64,000 nt of DNA from assembly GCA_964627225.1 (NCBI GenBank), contig CAZVHQ010000007.1:47165-111164 (forward strand), given 5' to 3'. The stretch comes from an uncultured Mesoterricola sp. (GTDB lineage: Bacteria; Acidobacteriota; Holophagae; Holophagales; Holophagaceae). The position numbers and the translations under genes are program-made. Below the pieces are notes generated by a model. That model made no database searches, was not told the DNA's origin, and saw only the letters and a program-made list of their open reading frames with translations. Position 1 is the first letter of the stretch; each line of letters opens with the position of its first letter. Shown here in pieces: positions 49,651 through 59,395 of this stretch.

Positions 49651-49992
49651 CCGCCGCATTCTTGAGCGTGCCTTCCACCTGAACGGGGCCATGGGGGGTG
49701 TGGGCGAGCAGGCAGGCAGCTATGCCGTGCTGCTGAAGCCCGATCAGATCGGGAGCGAAATCCGGCGCCCCCGCCCGGGGCGAGCGTGTGGCCGAATACA
49801 GCCAGATACTGCGATGTGCTTCATGATGGCGTTGGGGGAAACCCCCTTCCGAAGCCATGAAAGGAGAACCGCCATGCTTCGAGAGGCGCTTGGATCTCCT
49901 CGAAAAGCCCCAGCGCCTGATCGCCACCTTGCGCGCCTGAGCCGAAGGAGTGGGATAGTGGATCTTCATATTCGGGATGGGGAAGGTCGGCC

Positions 49993-50367
49993 ATGAACAG
50001 AGTCTTTTGGGTATTCCTCGGCGGAGGCATCGGGTCCGCGACACGCTACGGCACGACCTTGCTGGCAGGGAAGCTGTTCGGCACCGGGTTCCCCTGGGGC
50101 ACCTTGATCGTCAATCTCAGCGGGTGCTTTCTCATCGGCATCATCCTGGCGCTGGCGGAAAAAACCAATCTCGTGCAGCCCTCCACGCGCCTGTTCTTCG
50201 TGACCGGGTTCCTGGGGGGATTGACCACCTTCTCCAGCTACGCCATGGAAAGCATCCTGGCGTTCCGGAGCAGCACGTATCTGGCTCTGGCCAACATCGC
50301 GGTGAACAACCTGGTCGGCTTGGCCCTGGTTGTCTGCGGCCTCACCTTGACCGAACGGATCCTTTGA
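49993..50367 (+). CDS. crcB: fluoride efflux channel CrcB/Fluc
   Basis: GGGIGSATRY, FPWGTLIVN, TGFLGGLTTFSS. Confidence 0.95.
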   Translation: MNRVFWVFLGGGIGSATRYGTTLLAGKLFGTGFPWGTLIVNLSGCFLIGIILALAEKTNLVQPSTRLFFVTGFLGGLTTFSSYAMESILAFRSSTYLALANIAVNNLVGLALVVCGLTLTERIL

Positions 50368-50382
50368 AACCAGGGGTTGAAC

Positions 50383-51672
50383 ATGCCATTGACCTACACG
50401 CTCGCACGTATCTTCACCAGCGAAGAGTCCCGGTATAACGGAAGGCCCCTGTACCAGGAGATTGTGGATCTCGTCAGCCGGCAAAAGATCTCCGCCCGCT
50501 GCCATGTCACCAAAGGCATCGCCGGGTGCTATGAAAATGGTGAAATAGCGACCTTCGGCGTGGAGATTTTCTCCTTCAATATGCCGCTGGAAATCATCGT
50601 GATCATGCCGCAGCAGGAAAGCGCACGCCTGCTTCCCCTGATTGAAGACATGGTGGACGAAGGCCTCATGACGGTCGAGGAGAAGGATGTGCATTGGCAC
50701 AAGTGCCGGAGGCAGATGATTCCCCGGCAGGTCCGGGTCAGGGACGTGATGACGGCGAATCCCCAGACCCTGCCTCTGGACGCGCCGGCCGCCGAGGCCC
50801 TGCGGATCCTGGTTTCGGCGCAATTCCATGGGATACCGGTCGTGGACAGCCATGACCGGCCGGTCGGCATGGTCACCCATGGCGACCTGCTCCGGCAGAC
50901 GGCCCTGCCGATCAAGGCGGGCTTGTTCCGCAAGTTCGACCCTTCCCACCTGGAAGCCATGGAAAAGGTGCTTGCTGGCACACGGCTGGCGGACCTCATG
51001 AGCCAACCGGTGGTGGTGATCAAGGAAGACCGGCTGCTGTCGAAGGCAGTGGACCTCATGCTGGAGAAGGATCTCAAGCGCCTGCCGGCCGTCGCCGAGG
51101 ATGGCAGCATCACCGGGATCCTTTCCAGGCTCGACATCTTCAAGACCATCATGGATCGCAACCCCGACTGGGGGACCTTCGACCGCGGCGGCGTCAAGCT
51201 GGGTGACCTCACGTTCGTGAAGGATGCCATGCGCACCGACACCCCGACCCTCCCGCCATCGGCGCCGGTCTGGGACGCCATCAAGCTGATCGATTCGACC
51301 AGCATCAACCGGGTGGCCATCGTGGATCCGGCGGGGAAGCTTCTGGGCCTGGTATCGGACAAGGTCCTCATGGCCGCCTTTTCGGCCCACAAAGGCGGGC
51401 TCCTGGACCTGATCGTGGAAAAGCTCTCGTTCATGGACCTGGCCCGCAGGAACAAGAGCTTCCTGAAAGCCCTGCGGGCCCGCACGGTCGGCGAGATCAT
51501 GCTGACATCCATCTTCTCCGTGAAGGAGGACGGGCTGATCGACGACGCTCTGCAAATGATGGTCGAGAAGAAGCTCAAGCGCATTCCCGTCCTGGATGAG
51601 CAGGGGCATTTCAAGGGGATGCTGACCCGGGATTCGCTCCTGCGCGCGATGCAGCCCCCGCCCGGGATGTGA
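50383..51672 (+). CDS. DUF190 (PII-like) domain fused to two CBS pairs
   Basis: RIFTSE..GRPLYQEIV..GIAG..MPLEI..MVDEGLMT DUF190; four CBS repeats. Confidence 0.85.
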   Translation: MPLTYTLARIFTSEESRYNGRPLYQEIVDLVSRQKISARCHVTKGIAGCYENGEIATFGVEIFSFNMPLEIIVIMPQQESARLLPLIEDMVDEGLMTVEEKDVHWHKCRRQMIPRQVRVRDVMTANPQTLPLDAPAAEALRILVSAQFHGIPVVDSHDRPVGMVTHGDLLRQTALPIKAGLFRKFDPSHLEAMEKVLAGTRLADLMSQPVVVIKEDRLLSKAVDLMLEKDLKRLPAVAEDGSITGILSRLDIFKTIMDRNPDWGTFDRGGVKLGDLTFVKDAMRTDTPTLPPSAPVWDAIKLIDSTSINRVAIVDPAGKLLGLVSDKVLMAAFSAHKGGLLDLIVEKLSFMDLARRNKSFLKALRARTVGEIMLTSIFSVKEDGLIDDALQMMVEKKLKRIPVLDEQGHFKGMLTRDSLLRAMQPPPGM

Positions 51673-51764
51673 ACCGGGCTGCCGTTGCGGTCATTGCTTG
51701 GGAAATCATGGCTGATGGACAAAGGCCAGGGTTGCGTCAATTTGCGCCCAGCCGTGGCCTGCCC

Positions 51765-52432
51765 TCACAGGAACAGCGAACCTTCGATCACTTTCACGGC
51801 CTTGCCGGCGATCATCACGCGGTCCCCCCTCAGCTTGCAGAACAGCTCGCCGCCCCGCTTCGAGAGCTGGCGCGCATGGAGGTCCCGCTTGCCCAGGCGC
51901 TCTGCCCAGTAGGGCACTAGGACACAGTGGCTGCTGCCCGTGACCGGGTCTTCGGGAACGCCCATTTTCGGCGCGAAGCAGCGGGACACGAAATCGCAGT
52001 TGGAGCCCGGAGCGGTCACGACGATGAGCGCGGGCTCGAGCCGGGAGATGGCATCCAGGTCGGGCTTCAAGTTCCGCACGGAGGCTTCGTCTTCCAGCAA
52101 GGCAAAGAGGTCGCGGGTCACGGCCAGCGGTCCGGTCTTGCCGACGAAATCCACCCGGTCGCGCTCAGGATGGAGTTCGTTGAGCAGCACGAAGGCGCTG
52201 GCCAGGGTCGCGTGCCCGCAGAGGTCGATCTCGCCCCCGGGCATGAACCAGCGGATGCGGTAGCCCTTCCCTTCGGCACGAAGAAAGCGGTCTCCGACAG
52301 GTTGTTCTCCGCGGCAATGGCCTGCATGGTCGGTTCGGGCAGCCACTGCTCCAGCGGCATCACGGCCGCCGGATTGCCGCTGAAGGGATGTTCGGCGAAG
52401 GCGTCGATTTGATAGATGGGGTATTGGCTCAT
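51765..52432 (-). pseudogene. PhzF-family protein, frameshifted and internally deleted
   Basis: QIDAF..GNPAAV..NLSETAF in one frame; RWF..EIDLCGHAT..EDPVTGS in another; shift near 52274. Confidence 0.85.
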
Positions 52433-52466
52433 GCCTGGCTCCGTCCCTTCACTTCCAGGATCATTT

Positions 52467-53867
52467 CTATTGCCGTCGCGCCCGCAGGGTTTCGAGGATG
52501 GCATCAGCCGAGCGGTCGATGTCCTGTTCGGTCGTGGACCAGTTGCTGATGGAGATCCGCATGGCAGCCATGCCGTGCCAGACGGTCCCGCCCAGCCAGC
52601 AGGTGCCTTCCTGCTGCACGCCGGCGATCACCGCCCGGGTCAGGGCATCGGCATCCCAGTGCGGGTCTTCGAACCTGACCAGCACCTGGTTCAGCACCAC
52701 TTCGTTGAGGATCCGCACCGTCGGTTCGGCCCCGAGCCTTTCGGCCATGCGCTTGGCCTGGCTGCAATTGCGTTCCACCAAGGCGCGCAGGCCATCGCGT
52801 CCCAGGCTGCGCAGGACGGCATACACCGGAACCGCCCTGGCGCGCCGGGATTCCTCCGGCACGAACTCGTGGGGATCGCGCTCCTGGGTGTCCGAAACGA
52901 TGTAGGCGGCGGCCAGGGACATGGCCGCCCGGTGCGCTTCGGGATGCGCGCAGAAGACGATGCCGCAATCATACGGGACGTTGAGCCATTTGTGCCCGTC
53001 GGTGGCGATGGAGTCCGCGCCTTCCAGGCCGGCGGCAAGCCTTCCAAGGGATGGGCTGGTGCGGGCCCAGAGTCCGAAGGCACCATCCACATGCAGCCAT
53101 GCGCCGCGGGCGCGGCAAAGCCGCGCGATCTCCTCGATGGGGTCGAACGCGCCGGTGTTCACGTTTCCGGCCTGCGCGCAGACGATGCAGGGTCCGCTGC
53201 TTTCGCCGAGCATCCGGGCCAGTTCCGGGGCGAGCATGCGGCCCTGGGCGTCGGTGGGGACGCGCCGCGCCCGCCCGGCGCCCAGCCCCAGCAGACGCAG
53301 AGCCATGGAGATGGTGTAGTGGGATTCTTCGCTCACCAGGACGTCGATGGCGGGCGCCCCGGTCAGACCGGCGGCCTCGACGTCCCAGCCCTCCTTGATG
53401 AGCACATCGTGGCGGGCCGCCGCCAGGGCCGTGAAACTCGCCATCTGGCAGCCGGTGACGAAACCCACCCCGCGATGGTCGGGGAGCCCCAGGAGATCGC
53501 GCATCCACCCCGCCGTGATCTCCTCCACGACCGAGATCATGGGCGCCATGGCATAAACGGCGCTGTTCTGGTCCCAGGCCGAGACCAGCCAATCCGCGGC
53601 GGTGGCGACGGGGAGGCTGCCCCCGATCACGAAGCCGAAGTAGCGTGGTCCCTGGGAGGCGAGGGTGCCTCGCTCCGCCGCGGCCGCCAGCGTGTTGATC
53701 ACCGCCGCGCTCTCGGTCCCCGCCGCGCCGAGAGCGCCCCCCAGCGCGCTCCGCAGTTCCTCGCTGGTGGCGCTGGCAGCCACGGGGCGGTCGGCCACTG
53801 TGCCAAGGTAGGCCTGTCCATGCTGGGCGGCAAGGGCAAGCAGGGCATTCCGGTCGTCATGGTTCAT
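52467..53867 (-). CDS. group II PLP-dependent (aromatic) amino acid decarboxylase
   Basis: RYFGFVIGG, DWLVSAWDQN, GNVNTGAFD, HVDGAFG, DGHKWLNVPYDCG. Confidence 0.88.
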   Translation of the reverse strand: MNHDDRNALLALAAQHGQAYLGTVADRPVAASATSEELRSALGGALGAAGTESAAVINTLAAAAERGTLASQGPRYFGFVIGGSLPVATAADWLVSAWDQNSAVYAMAPMISVVEEITAGWMRDLLGLPDHRGVGFVTGCQMASFTALAAARHDVLIKEGWDVEAAGLTGAPAIDVLVSEESHYTISMALRLLGLGAGRARRVPTDAQGRMLAPELARMLGESSGPCIVCAQAGNVNTGAFDPIEEIARLCRARGAWLHVDGAFGLWARTSPSLGRLAAGLEGADSIATDGHKWLNVPYDCGIVFCAHPEAHRAAMSLAAAYIVSDTQERDPHEFVPEESRRARAVPVYAVLRSLGRDGLRALVERNCSQAKRMAERLGAEPTVRILNEVVLNQVLVRFEDPHWDADALTRAVIAGVQQEGTCWLGGTVWHGMAAMRISISNWSTTEQDIDRSADAILETLRARRQ

Positions 53868-53987
53868 CACGTTCTCCGCAGCAGGGGCAGGCAGCCGCAT
53901 GGCTTCTCTGGTCAAGAGCAAGGAGACCACCGGCCGGAATCGAGAAACAGATACAAAAAATAATATTTAAGCTATAACAGATTCACC

Positions 53988-55415
53988 ATGCCCAGCCTCT
54001 ACCAGGACATCGCGCACCAGCTGGCCCGGACCATCCAGGACGGACTGATCAAGCCCGGAGAGTCGCTCCCTTCCCTGCGGCAGTTCTGCCAGAGCCAGGG
54101 GGTGAGCCTCATGACCGCCCTGGCGGCCTATCGCCATCTGGAGGACATCGGGCTGGTGAAGGCAGTGCCCCGCTCCGGTTATCGGGTGCTGGCCACCCAG
54201 GTCGCGCCGCTGATCCACCCGGCGATTCTCCGCTCCAGGCTGAACTCGTCCAGCACCCACCGGACCGACATCATTTCCCAGTTGTTCCTGGCCTCAGCGG
54301 ATCCTGCCATCATCCCGCTCGGCTTTGGCTGCCCGTCCGCGTCCTTGTTCCCCCTGTCCGGACTGCGCAAAGTCACCCGGGAGCTGCTGAACACCCGCAA
54401 GGAACTATGGGTGACCTACTCCACGCCTCCCGGCTGCGCGGCGTTGCGGCGCCAGATCGCCCGGCGGCTCCAGGCGCGGGGGATGGACGTTGGCGAGGAG
54501 GAGGTACTGCTCACGGCCGGCGGCATGGAGGCCCTGTCGCTCTGCCTGCGTCTGCTGGCGGACCCTGGAGATCTCGTGGCCGTGGAGTGCCCGACTTTCT
54601 TCGGGGTCGTCGACGCCGCCCGGAACGCCAGGGCCAGGATCGTCGAACTGCCTGGAGACCCGGTCGCGGGGCTCGATCCCGGACGTCTGGCCGCCGTGTG
54701 CACAAAACAGCCGGTGCGCGCGGCTGTGCTGCTTCCCAATTTCGCCAACCCCACCGGCAGCCTCATGCCCGAGGACAGGAGACGCGAGTGGATGAAGGTG
54801 CTCCAGGCGACCGGGGTCGCCCTGGTGGAAGACGACATCTATGGCGACCTGGCCTGGGATGGCCACAAGCCGGAACTGCTGTGCGCCACACCGCGGGAGG
54901 ACGGCCTGCCGAACCTCCTGGTGGGATCCTTGTCCAAGACGCTCCTGCCGGGCGGCCGCGTGGGTTACGTGGTGGCCAGGAGCCCATGGATCGAGCGGCT
55001 GGCCGACCTGAAGAGCAGCTCCACGCTGGCCAATTCCACCCTCTCCGAACATGTGGCCGCTGAATGCCTTGCTTCGGGGATGTTTGAACGCCACCTTCGG
55101 CATCTGGTTCCGGGCATCAGGACCGGGGTGAGCAGGCTGCGCGGCTGCGTCGCCCGCCAATTCCCCGCCGGGACTCGGGTTTCCGACCCCAAGGGCGGTT
55201 TCTTCCTCTGGGTCGAATTGCCCAGGGGGACGGATTCCCTGGCGCTGTTCCGGGCGGCCTTGAAGGAAGGGGTGAGCCTGGCTCCGGGCTGCATCTTTTC
55301 ATTGGGCGGAGGCCTCGACCGGTTTCTGCGCCTCAACGGTGCGGCTTCCGGGGATCTTGACCAGGCGATGGGGGTTCTCGGGCGGTTGGCGGGGGAATTG
55401 CACAACCAGCAATAA
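53988..55415 (+). CDS. MocR/GntR family PLP-dependent regulator
   Basis: LYQDIA..GESLPSLR GntR HTH; NPTG, EDDIY, SLSKTLLPGGRVG. Confidence 0.93.
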   Translation: MPSLYQDIAHQLARTIQDGLIKPGESLPSLRQFCQSQGVSLMTALAAYRHLEDIGLVKAVPRSGYRVLATQVAPLIHPAILRSRLNSSSTHRTDIISQLFLASADPAIIPLGFGCPSASLFPLSGLRKVTRELLNTRKELWVTYSTPPGCAALRRQIARRLQARGMDVGEEEVLLTAGGMEALSLCLRLLADPGDLVAVECPTFFGVVDAARNARARIVELPGDPVAGLDPGRLAAVCTKQPVRAAVLLPNFANPTGSLMPEDRRREWMKVLQATGVALVEDDIYGDLAWDGHKPELLCATPREDGLPNLLVGSLSKTLLPGGRVGYVVARSPWIERLADLKSSSTLANSTLSEHVAAECLASGMFERHLRHLVPGIRTGVSRLRGCVARQFPAGTRVSDPKGGFFLWVELPRGTDSLALFRAALKEGVSLAPGCIFSLGGGLDRFLRLNGAASGDLDQAMGVLGRLAGELHNQQ

Positions 55416-55505
55416 TCTACTAATTACGGATGGGCAGTTCGCGGCCCGACCTCACCAATCCGGCCATTCCGCCAGCCCCCGTTCCTGCAGAAACCCCATG
55501 TAGGT

Positions 55506-55621
55506 TGCTGAATGGTCATTCCTGCTTTTCTCGACGAGGCATGACTGGACAGGGCCTTCCGTAAATGAAGCCCTCCACCAGGAAGTGCGGGATGCGCTGG
55601 GCTCCGGGAAAGTATGACCCA
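55506..55621. repeat. diverged direct-repeat copy of the leader and first codons of the AlbA gene (62044-62159)
   Basis: 51/56 match at 55506-55561 vs 62044-62099 and 23/24 at 55598-55621 vs 62136-62159, same 6538-bp offset. Confidence 0.9.
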
Positions 55622-55780
55622 ACGGCATTCGTTCTTCCCAATATCAGAAATAGCCGGAATGGATCGTTGCTCATGATCGGGGCGGTTTGACCATGGTTGG
55701 GGCAAAACGCATTGACGTGTTTGGAGGCTTGAGATAATTGTTTGGTTGTGCAATTGTGCAATTACTTGTCGAGGCGTTCC

Positions 55781-56749
55781 ATGGATCTTCGGATTGGCTA
55801 CTTCCCAGTGCTGGATGCCGCCTTAGCCCTTCGTCAAAGCTTTGAATCGCAGCGTTTCGCCCCCTTCAACCCAGTCATGCATGGGATTCACGATCGGCTT
55901 GGCAAGGCGGGCCGGGCCCAGGTGGACCAAGTGGGGCAGGCCACGGGCGGATGGTTGTCCATCCTCGGCATTCTACTTGACCAGGAATCGGCGGGCCTTA
56001 AGGGCCTGGAAGAAGGATTCCTCCAACTGCAACAAGATCCCCTGGCCGCGTTACCGCTGATCCGGAAAGGTACCTTCCCGGACATGAACGGCATGGCCAA
56101 GGTACCATCCGAGTCCACCATCCTGACGGCGGGCCACCTGATGGGCCAGACCCTGGGGGTCAACATCGTCGGTGAAGCCGCCCGGCGCTCCCGTCGGCTC
56201 CTTGAGGCGACCCAGGCTCTCGCCGAGGCTACGCGCAGCCAGGGCGTCTGGCCCTATCTCATGCGGGTCTCCGACCGCCTGCGGCGAACCGCTTCCGGCG
56301 AGATAGCCTTCCGGATCAAGCCCGAATTCCGTCTCCGCGAGGATGCGGTCGAACGCATCGTCCTGACGCCTTCCCTGGTGGCGACCCGCCGCCTCACCTA
56401 TTGGCGCAACGGCTCGACCTTGGTTTTCTTCATCTCCGAATGCGCTCCGGCGGCTCTCAACGATCCACCGGACGGCCTTCTGCTCACGGCCTTGGCCGTG
56501 GGTGACCGCACCCGCCTGCGGATGCTGCGCCGCCTGGCCCAGGGCGCGTGCAACAACCTGGGGATGGCCGAGTTCCTGGGCATGAACCCCTCCACGGTGT
56601 CCCGCCATTTCAAGGTCTTCAAGGACGCCGGTTTCGTGGAATTACGCGAAGGTGCGGATGGGCGCGCGGAATACGAGTTCACCCCCGAGGCCATGACCGC
56701 GGCCTTCGGCGCCATCTCCGACTTCATCCAGGGCAGGGAGCAGCCATGA
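55781..56749 (+). CDS. regulator with C-terminal ArsR-type wHTH
   Basis: AVGDRTRLRML..MAEFLGMNPSTVSRHFKVFKDAGFV. Confidence 0.8.
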   Translation: MDLRIGYFPVLDAALALRQSFESQRFAPFNPVMHGIHDRLGKAGRAQVDQVGQATGGWLSILGILLDQESAGLKGLEEGFLQLQQDPLAALPLIRKGTFPDMNGMAKVPSESTILTAGHLMGQTLGVNIVGEAARRSRRLLEATQALAEATRSQGVWPYLMRVSDRLRRTASGEIAFRIKPEFRLREDAVERIVLTPSLVATRRLTYWRNGSTLVFFISECAPAALNDPPDGLLLTALAVGDRTRLRMLRRLAQGACNNLGMAEFLGMNPSTVSRHFKVFKDAGFVELREGADGRAEYEFTPEAMTAAFGAISDFIQGREQP

Positions 56750-57492
56750 CGCAACTGGAAGAACTGTCGGCCAACGCCTGGCCGGGTCTGCGCTGCTCCC
56801 TGGTGGACGGCTGGATCGCGCGGTTCGCCATGGGCCATACCCATCGCGCGAACAGCGTCCTGCCTCTGGGGCCTGGAAATGGCACCCTGGCCGATCGCAT
56901 CGCCCGGTGCGAAGCTCTGTACCGGCTGGAAGGGCTGGAGCCCTGCTTTAAGATCTTCCCGGAGGCCGTGCCCGAAGATCTGGATGCCCAGTTGGCTCAG
57001 CGCGGCTATATCCGGCGCGCGAACGGCCAAGTCCTGGGGCTCGAGGCCCTGCATTCAGCGCGGTCCGCGACGAAAGGGTGGACGGTCACCAGCTTGCCCC
57101 ACCTGACCCCCGAATGGTTCCAGTTCCATGCTGACAGCAGCGGCCTGGATGCGCGCAAGGCGACCGCGGCCAAGGCCATTCTGGAAGCCATCGTGCCTGA
57201 ACGCCGCTTCCTCATGCTTGAGGGCGACGCTGGACCGGCGGCCTGTGCCCTGATCGTGCTGGAAGATGGCTGGGCGGGCATTTTCGATCTGATGGTGCGA
57301 AAGGAATGGCGCGGGCAAGGCCTGGGGCGCGCCGCCATGCAGATGGCGCTGGCCGAGGCGGCAAGGGCCGGGGCCCGGCGTTCCTACCTGCAGGTGCTGG
57401 ACGCTAACCGGGTCGCCAGGGAACTGTACGCCAGCCTAGGCTACCGGCCTCTGTACTCCTACGGGTTCCGGGTGAAGGCGCCGCATGCCTGA
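56746..57492 (+). CDS. GNAT family N-acetyltransferase
   Basis: NAWP..DGWIARF..RANSV; RGQGLGR; YLQV..N..LYASLGY. Confidence 0.88.
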   Translation: MTQLEELSANAWPGLRCSLVDGWIARFAMGHTHRANSVLPLGPGNGTLADRIARCEALYRLEGLEPCFKIFPEAVPEDLDAQLAQRGYIRRANGQVLGLEALHSARSATKGWTVTSLPHLTPEWFQFHADSSGLDARKATAAKAILEAIVPERRFLMLEGDAGPAACALIVLEDGWAGIFDLMVRKEWRGQGLGRAAMQMALAEAARAGARRSYLQVLDANRVARELYASLGYRPLYSYGFRVKAPHA

Positions 57493-58768
57493 ACCGGCCG
57501 CCCTGCATTCAAGCCCTGCCCACCCTCCGCGAGCGCCGGCCGCGCCGCTGCGCCATGCTCTGCGGGCCTTGAGGCACCGGAACTTCCTGCTGTTCTGGGT
57601 CGGCCAAGGGACCAGCGTGTTCGGCACCTGGATGCAGACCACGGCCCAAGGCTGGCTGCTCTTCCGGCTGACCCATTCGCCCATGGCATTGGGCCTGCTC
57701 AGCGCGGCGCGGTTCGGCCCCGCGTTGGTGGCCGCACCCTTCGCGGGCCTCCTTTCGGACCGTTTCCCCCGGCGCCGGGTGGCGCTGTTCACCCAGGCCG
57801 CAGGCCTCCTGCTGGCCACCCTACTGGCAGAGTTGGCGTTGACCGGCCGGGTGCGGGTCCCCCACATCCTGCTCCTCGCCACGCTTCAGGGCTTCGCGGA
57901 TGCCGTGGACGCGACCAATCGCTATGCCTTCCAGAGGGACCTGGTGCCGGCGGATGACCTGCAAAGTGCCCTCGGCCTCAATTCCGCCGCCTTCAACGTT
58001 GCGCGTATGATGGGTCCCTGGGTCGCGGGAATCCTGATCGCCCGGTTAGGTGAAGCCGTCTGTTTCGGCCTGAACGCCGCGAGCTATCTGGCGGTACTCG
58101 GATCCCTCCTGCTCATCCGGTTGCCCCCTGGCGCCTATTCCAGGCCAAGCCCAGCCAAGGCCCAGGCGCTCCTGGCCGGTCTCCGGTTCACTTTTTCGAA
58201 CCCCGCCATCCGCCGGGTCATGCTCGTGGTGGCCCTCACGTCCCTGACCGGGCTCGCGTTCAACACCCTGGTCCCGGCCCTGGCCGGGGATGTCCTGCAC
58301 ACGGGACCCCGGGGCTTCAGCTGGCTCCTGGCCGGGGGCGGCATCGGCGCGGTCCTGGGCTCCCTCGGCGCCGCCGCCTACGCCACCCCCGGGCGGACAG
58401 CCTGCATTCATGGGGTCGCGCTTTGCGCGCTCGGGTGCGCCCTGTTGACCCTGGCCGTGGCCCGTGCCATTCCGCTGGCGTTGGCCGGAATGATGCTGCT
58501 CGGAGCCATGACGTCGGTCCAGCATTCGACCAGCAATGCCTTCCTGCAAAGCGCAGCTCCGGCCGATTTGCGTGGACGGGTCGCCTCGCTTTACGTCTGG
58601 GTGATGCAGGGTCTGGCCCCCGTTGGTGGGCTGCTCCTGGGCTGGGCAGCGAGCCGGGTGGGCATTCCAATCACCCTCGCCTGGACCGGCTCGGTGGGTT
58701 TGGCGGCCGGAATCACTCTGAGTTTCAGGCTCAGCCGGCACCCCAGGCAGGTGCCGTCGCCAGGTTGA
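57485..58768 (+). CDS. MFS transporter (MFS_3/EntS-like)
   Basis: LRHRNFLLFWVGQ..GTWMQ, DRFPRRR, NSAAFNVAR, LRGRV. Confidence 0.92.
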   Translation: MPEPAALHSSPAHPPRAPAAPLRHALRALRHRNFLLFWVGQGTSVFGTWMQTTAQGWLLFRLTHSPMALGLLSAARFGPALVAAPFAGLLSDRFPRRRVALFTQAAGLLLATLLAELALTGRVRVPHILLLATLQGFADAVDATNRYAFQRDLVPADDLQSALGLNSAAFNVARMMGPWVAGILIARLGEAVCFGLNAASYLAVLGSLLLIRLPPGAYSRPSPAKAQALLAGLRFTFSNPAIRRVMLVVALTSLTGLAFNTLVPALAGDVLHTGPRGFSWLLAGGGIGAVLGSLGAAAYATPGRTACIHGVALCALGCALLTLAVARAIPLALAGMMLLGAMTSVQHSTSNAFLQSAAPADLRGRVASLYVWVMQGLAPVGGLLLGWAASRVGIPITLAWTGSVGLAAGITLSFRLSRHPRQVPSPG

Positions 58769-59019
58769 GGCGGTGAACTCAAGCGATTCCAAAAAGGCAG
58801 TCCGTCAATGGTCACAGCCAACGGGTGGTGCCAGGGCCGAGACAAGATCGCCATTTTGTTCGATCATGGATGAAATGGATGGGCCGGGCGGTCCCGCCCG
58901 TGAAAGCCCTTTCCCGGTCAATGGATCCAATCTGGCGGTGATTTTTCCGTTTAGGTTTCTTCAATTATCCGAAAAGAGTTCCCATAAATTTCGCTAAAAA
59001 TAGTAAGTTATCTTTTTTT

Positions 59020-59060
59020 AGTAACTTACGCGAGCTGCTGGACATGATCAAGTTCGAGCA
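59020..59060 (+). repeat. att-like direct repeat: duplicate of the ubiA 5' region (62522-62562)
   Basis: 38/41 identity, including perfect TGGACATGATCAAGTTCGAGCA; 3 mismatches synonymous in the ubiA frame. Confidence 0.92.
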
Positions 59061-59395
59061 ACTTTTTGGGCCAAAGCTATACCAAGAAACCAAATGGCAT
59101 TTGTTTCCAACACTTACACTCAGCTTTGAGAAGTGCGAACGGTGCTGAAGTGTTTCTTGATGTGTCCATAAGTGCCCTGAAATGTCGAAGCGTTAAGAAT
59201 GCGGTTCGCCCCATGGTTCGCCCCTGATTCGGGCCTCTTGCCGAAATTGGGACCAGGGAATGTCCGCACCGGACCGGACGTCACCGGCTCCAGGCACCCC
59301 TTGGTTCAGGCACTTCCCTGCCACGGCCACCCATGCACATGGAGTGCACTCCGGAGAGTCTGCCTCATGGCGCCAAGCCAGCAGGCAAACCGTCG

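Noticed and set aside
49650..49992. Fluoride riboswitch upstream of crcB
   Set aside because: A GGGGG-AAA-CCCCC hairpin exists, but I could not find the GATGG..AACYGC..GCTRATGAC consensus; needs an Infernal scan.
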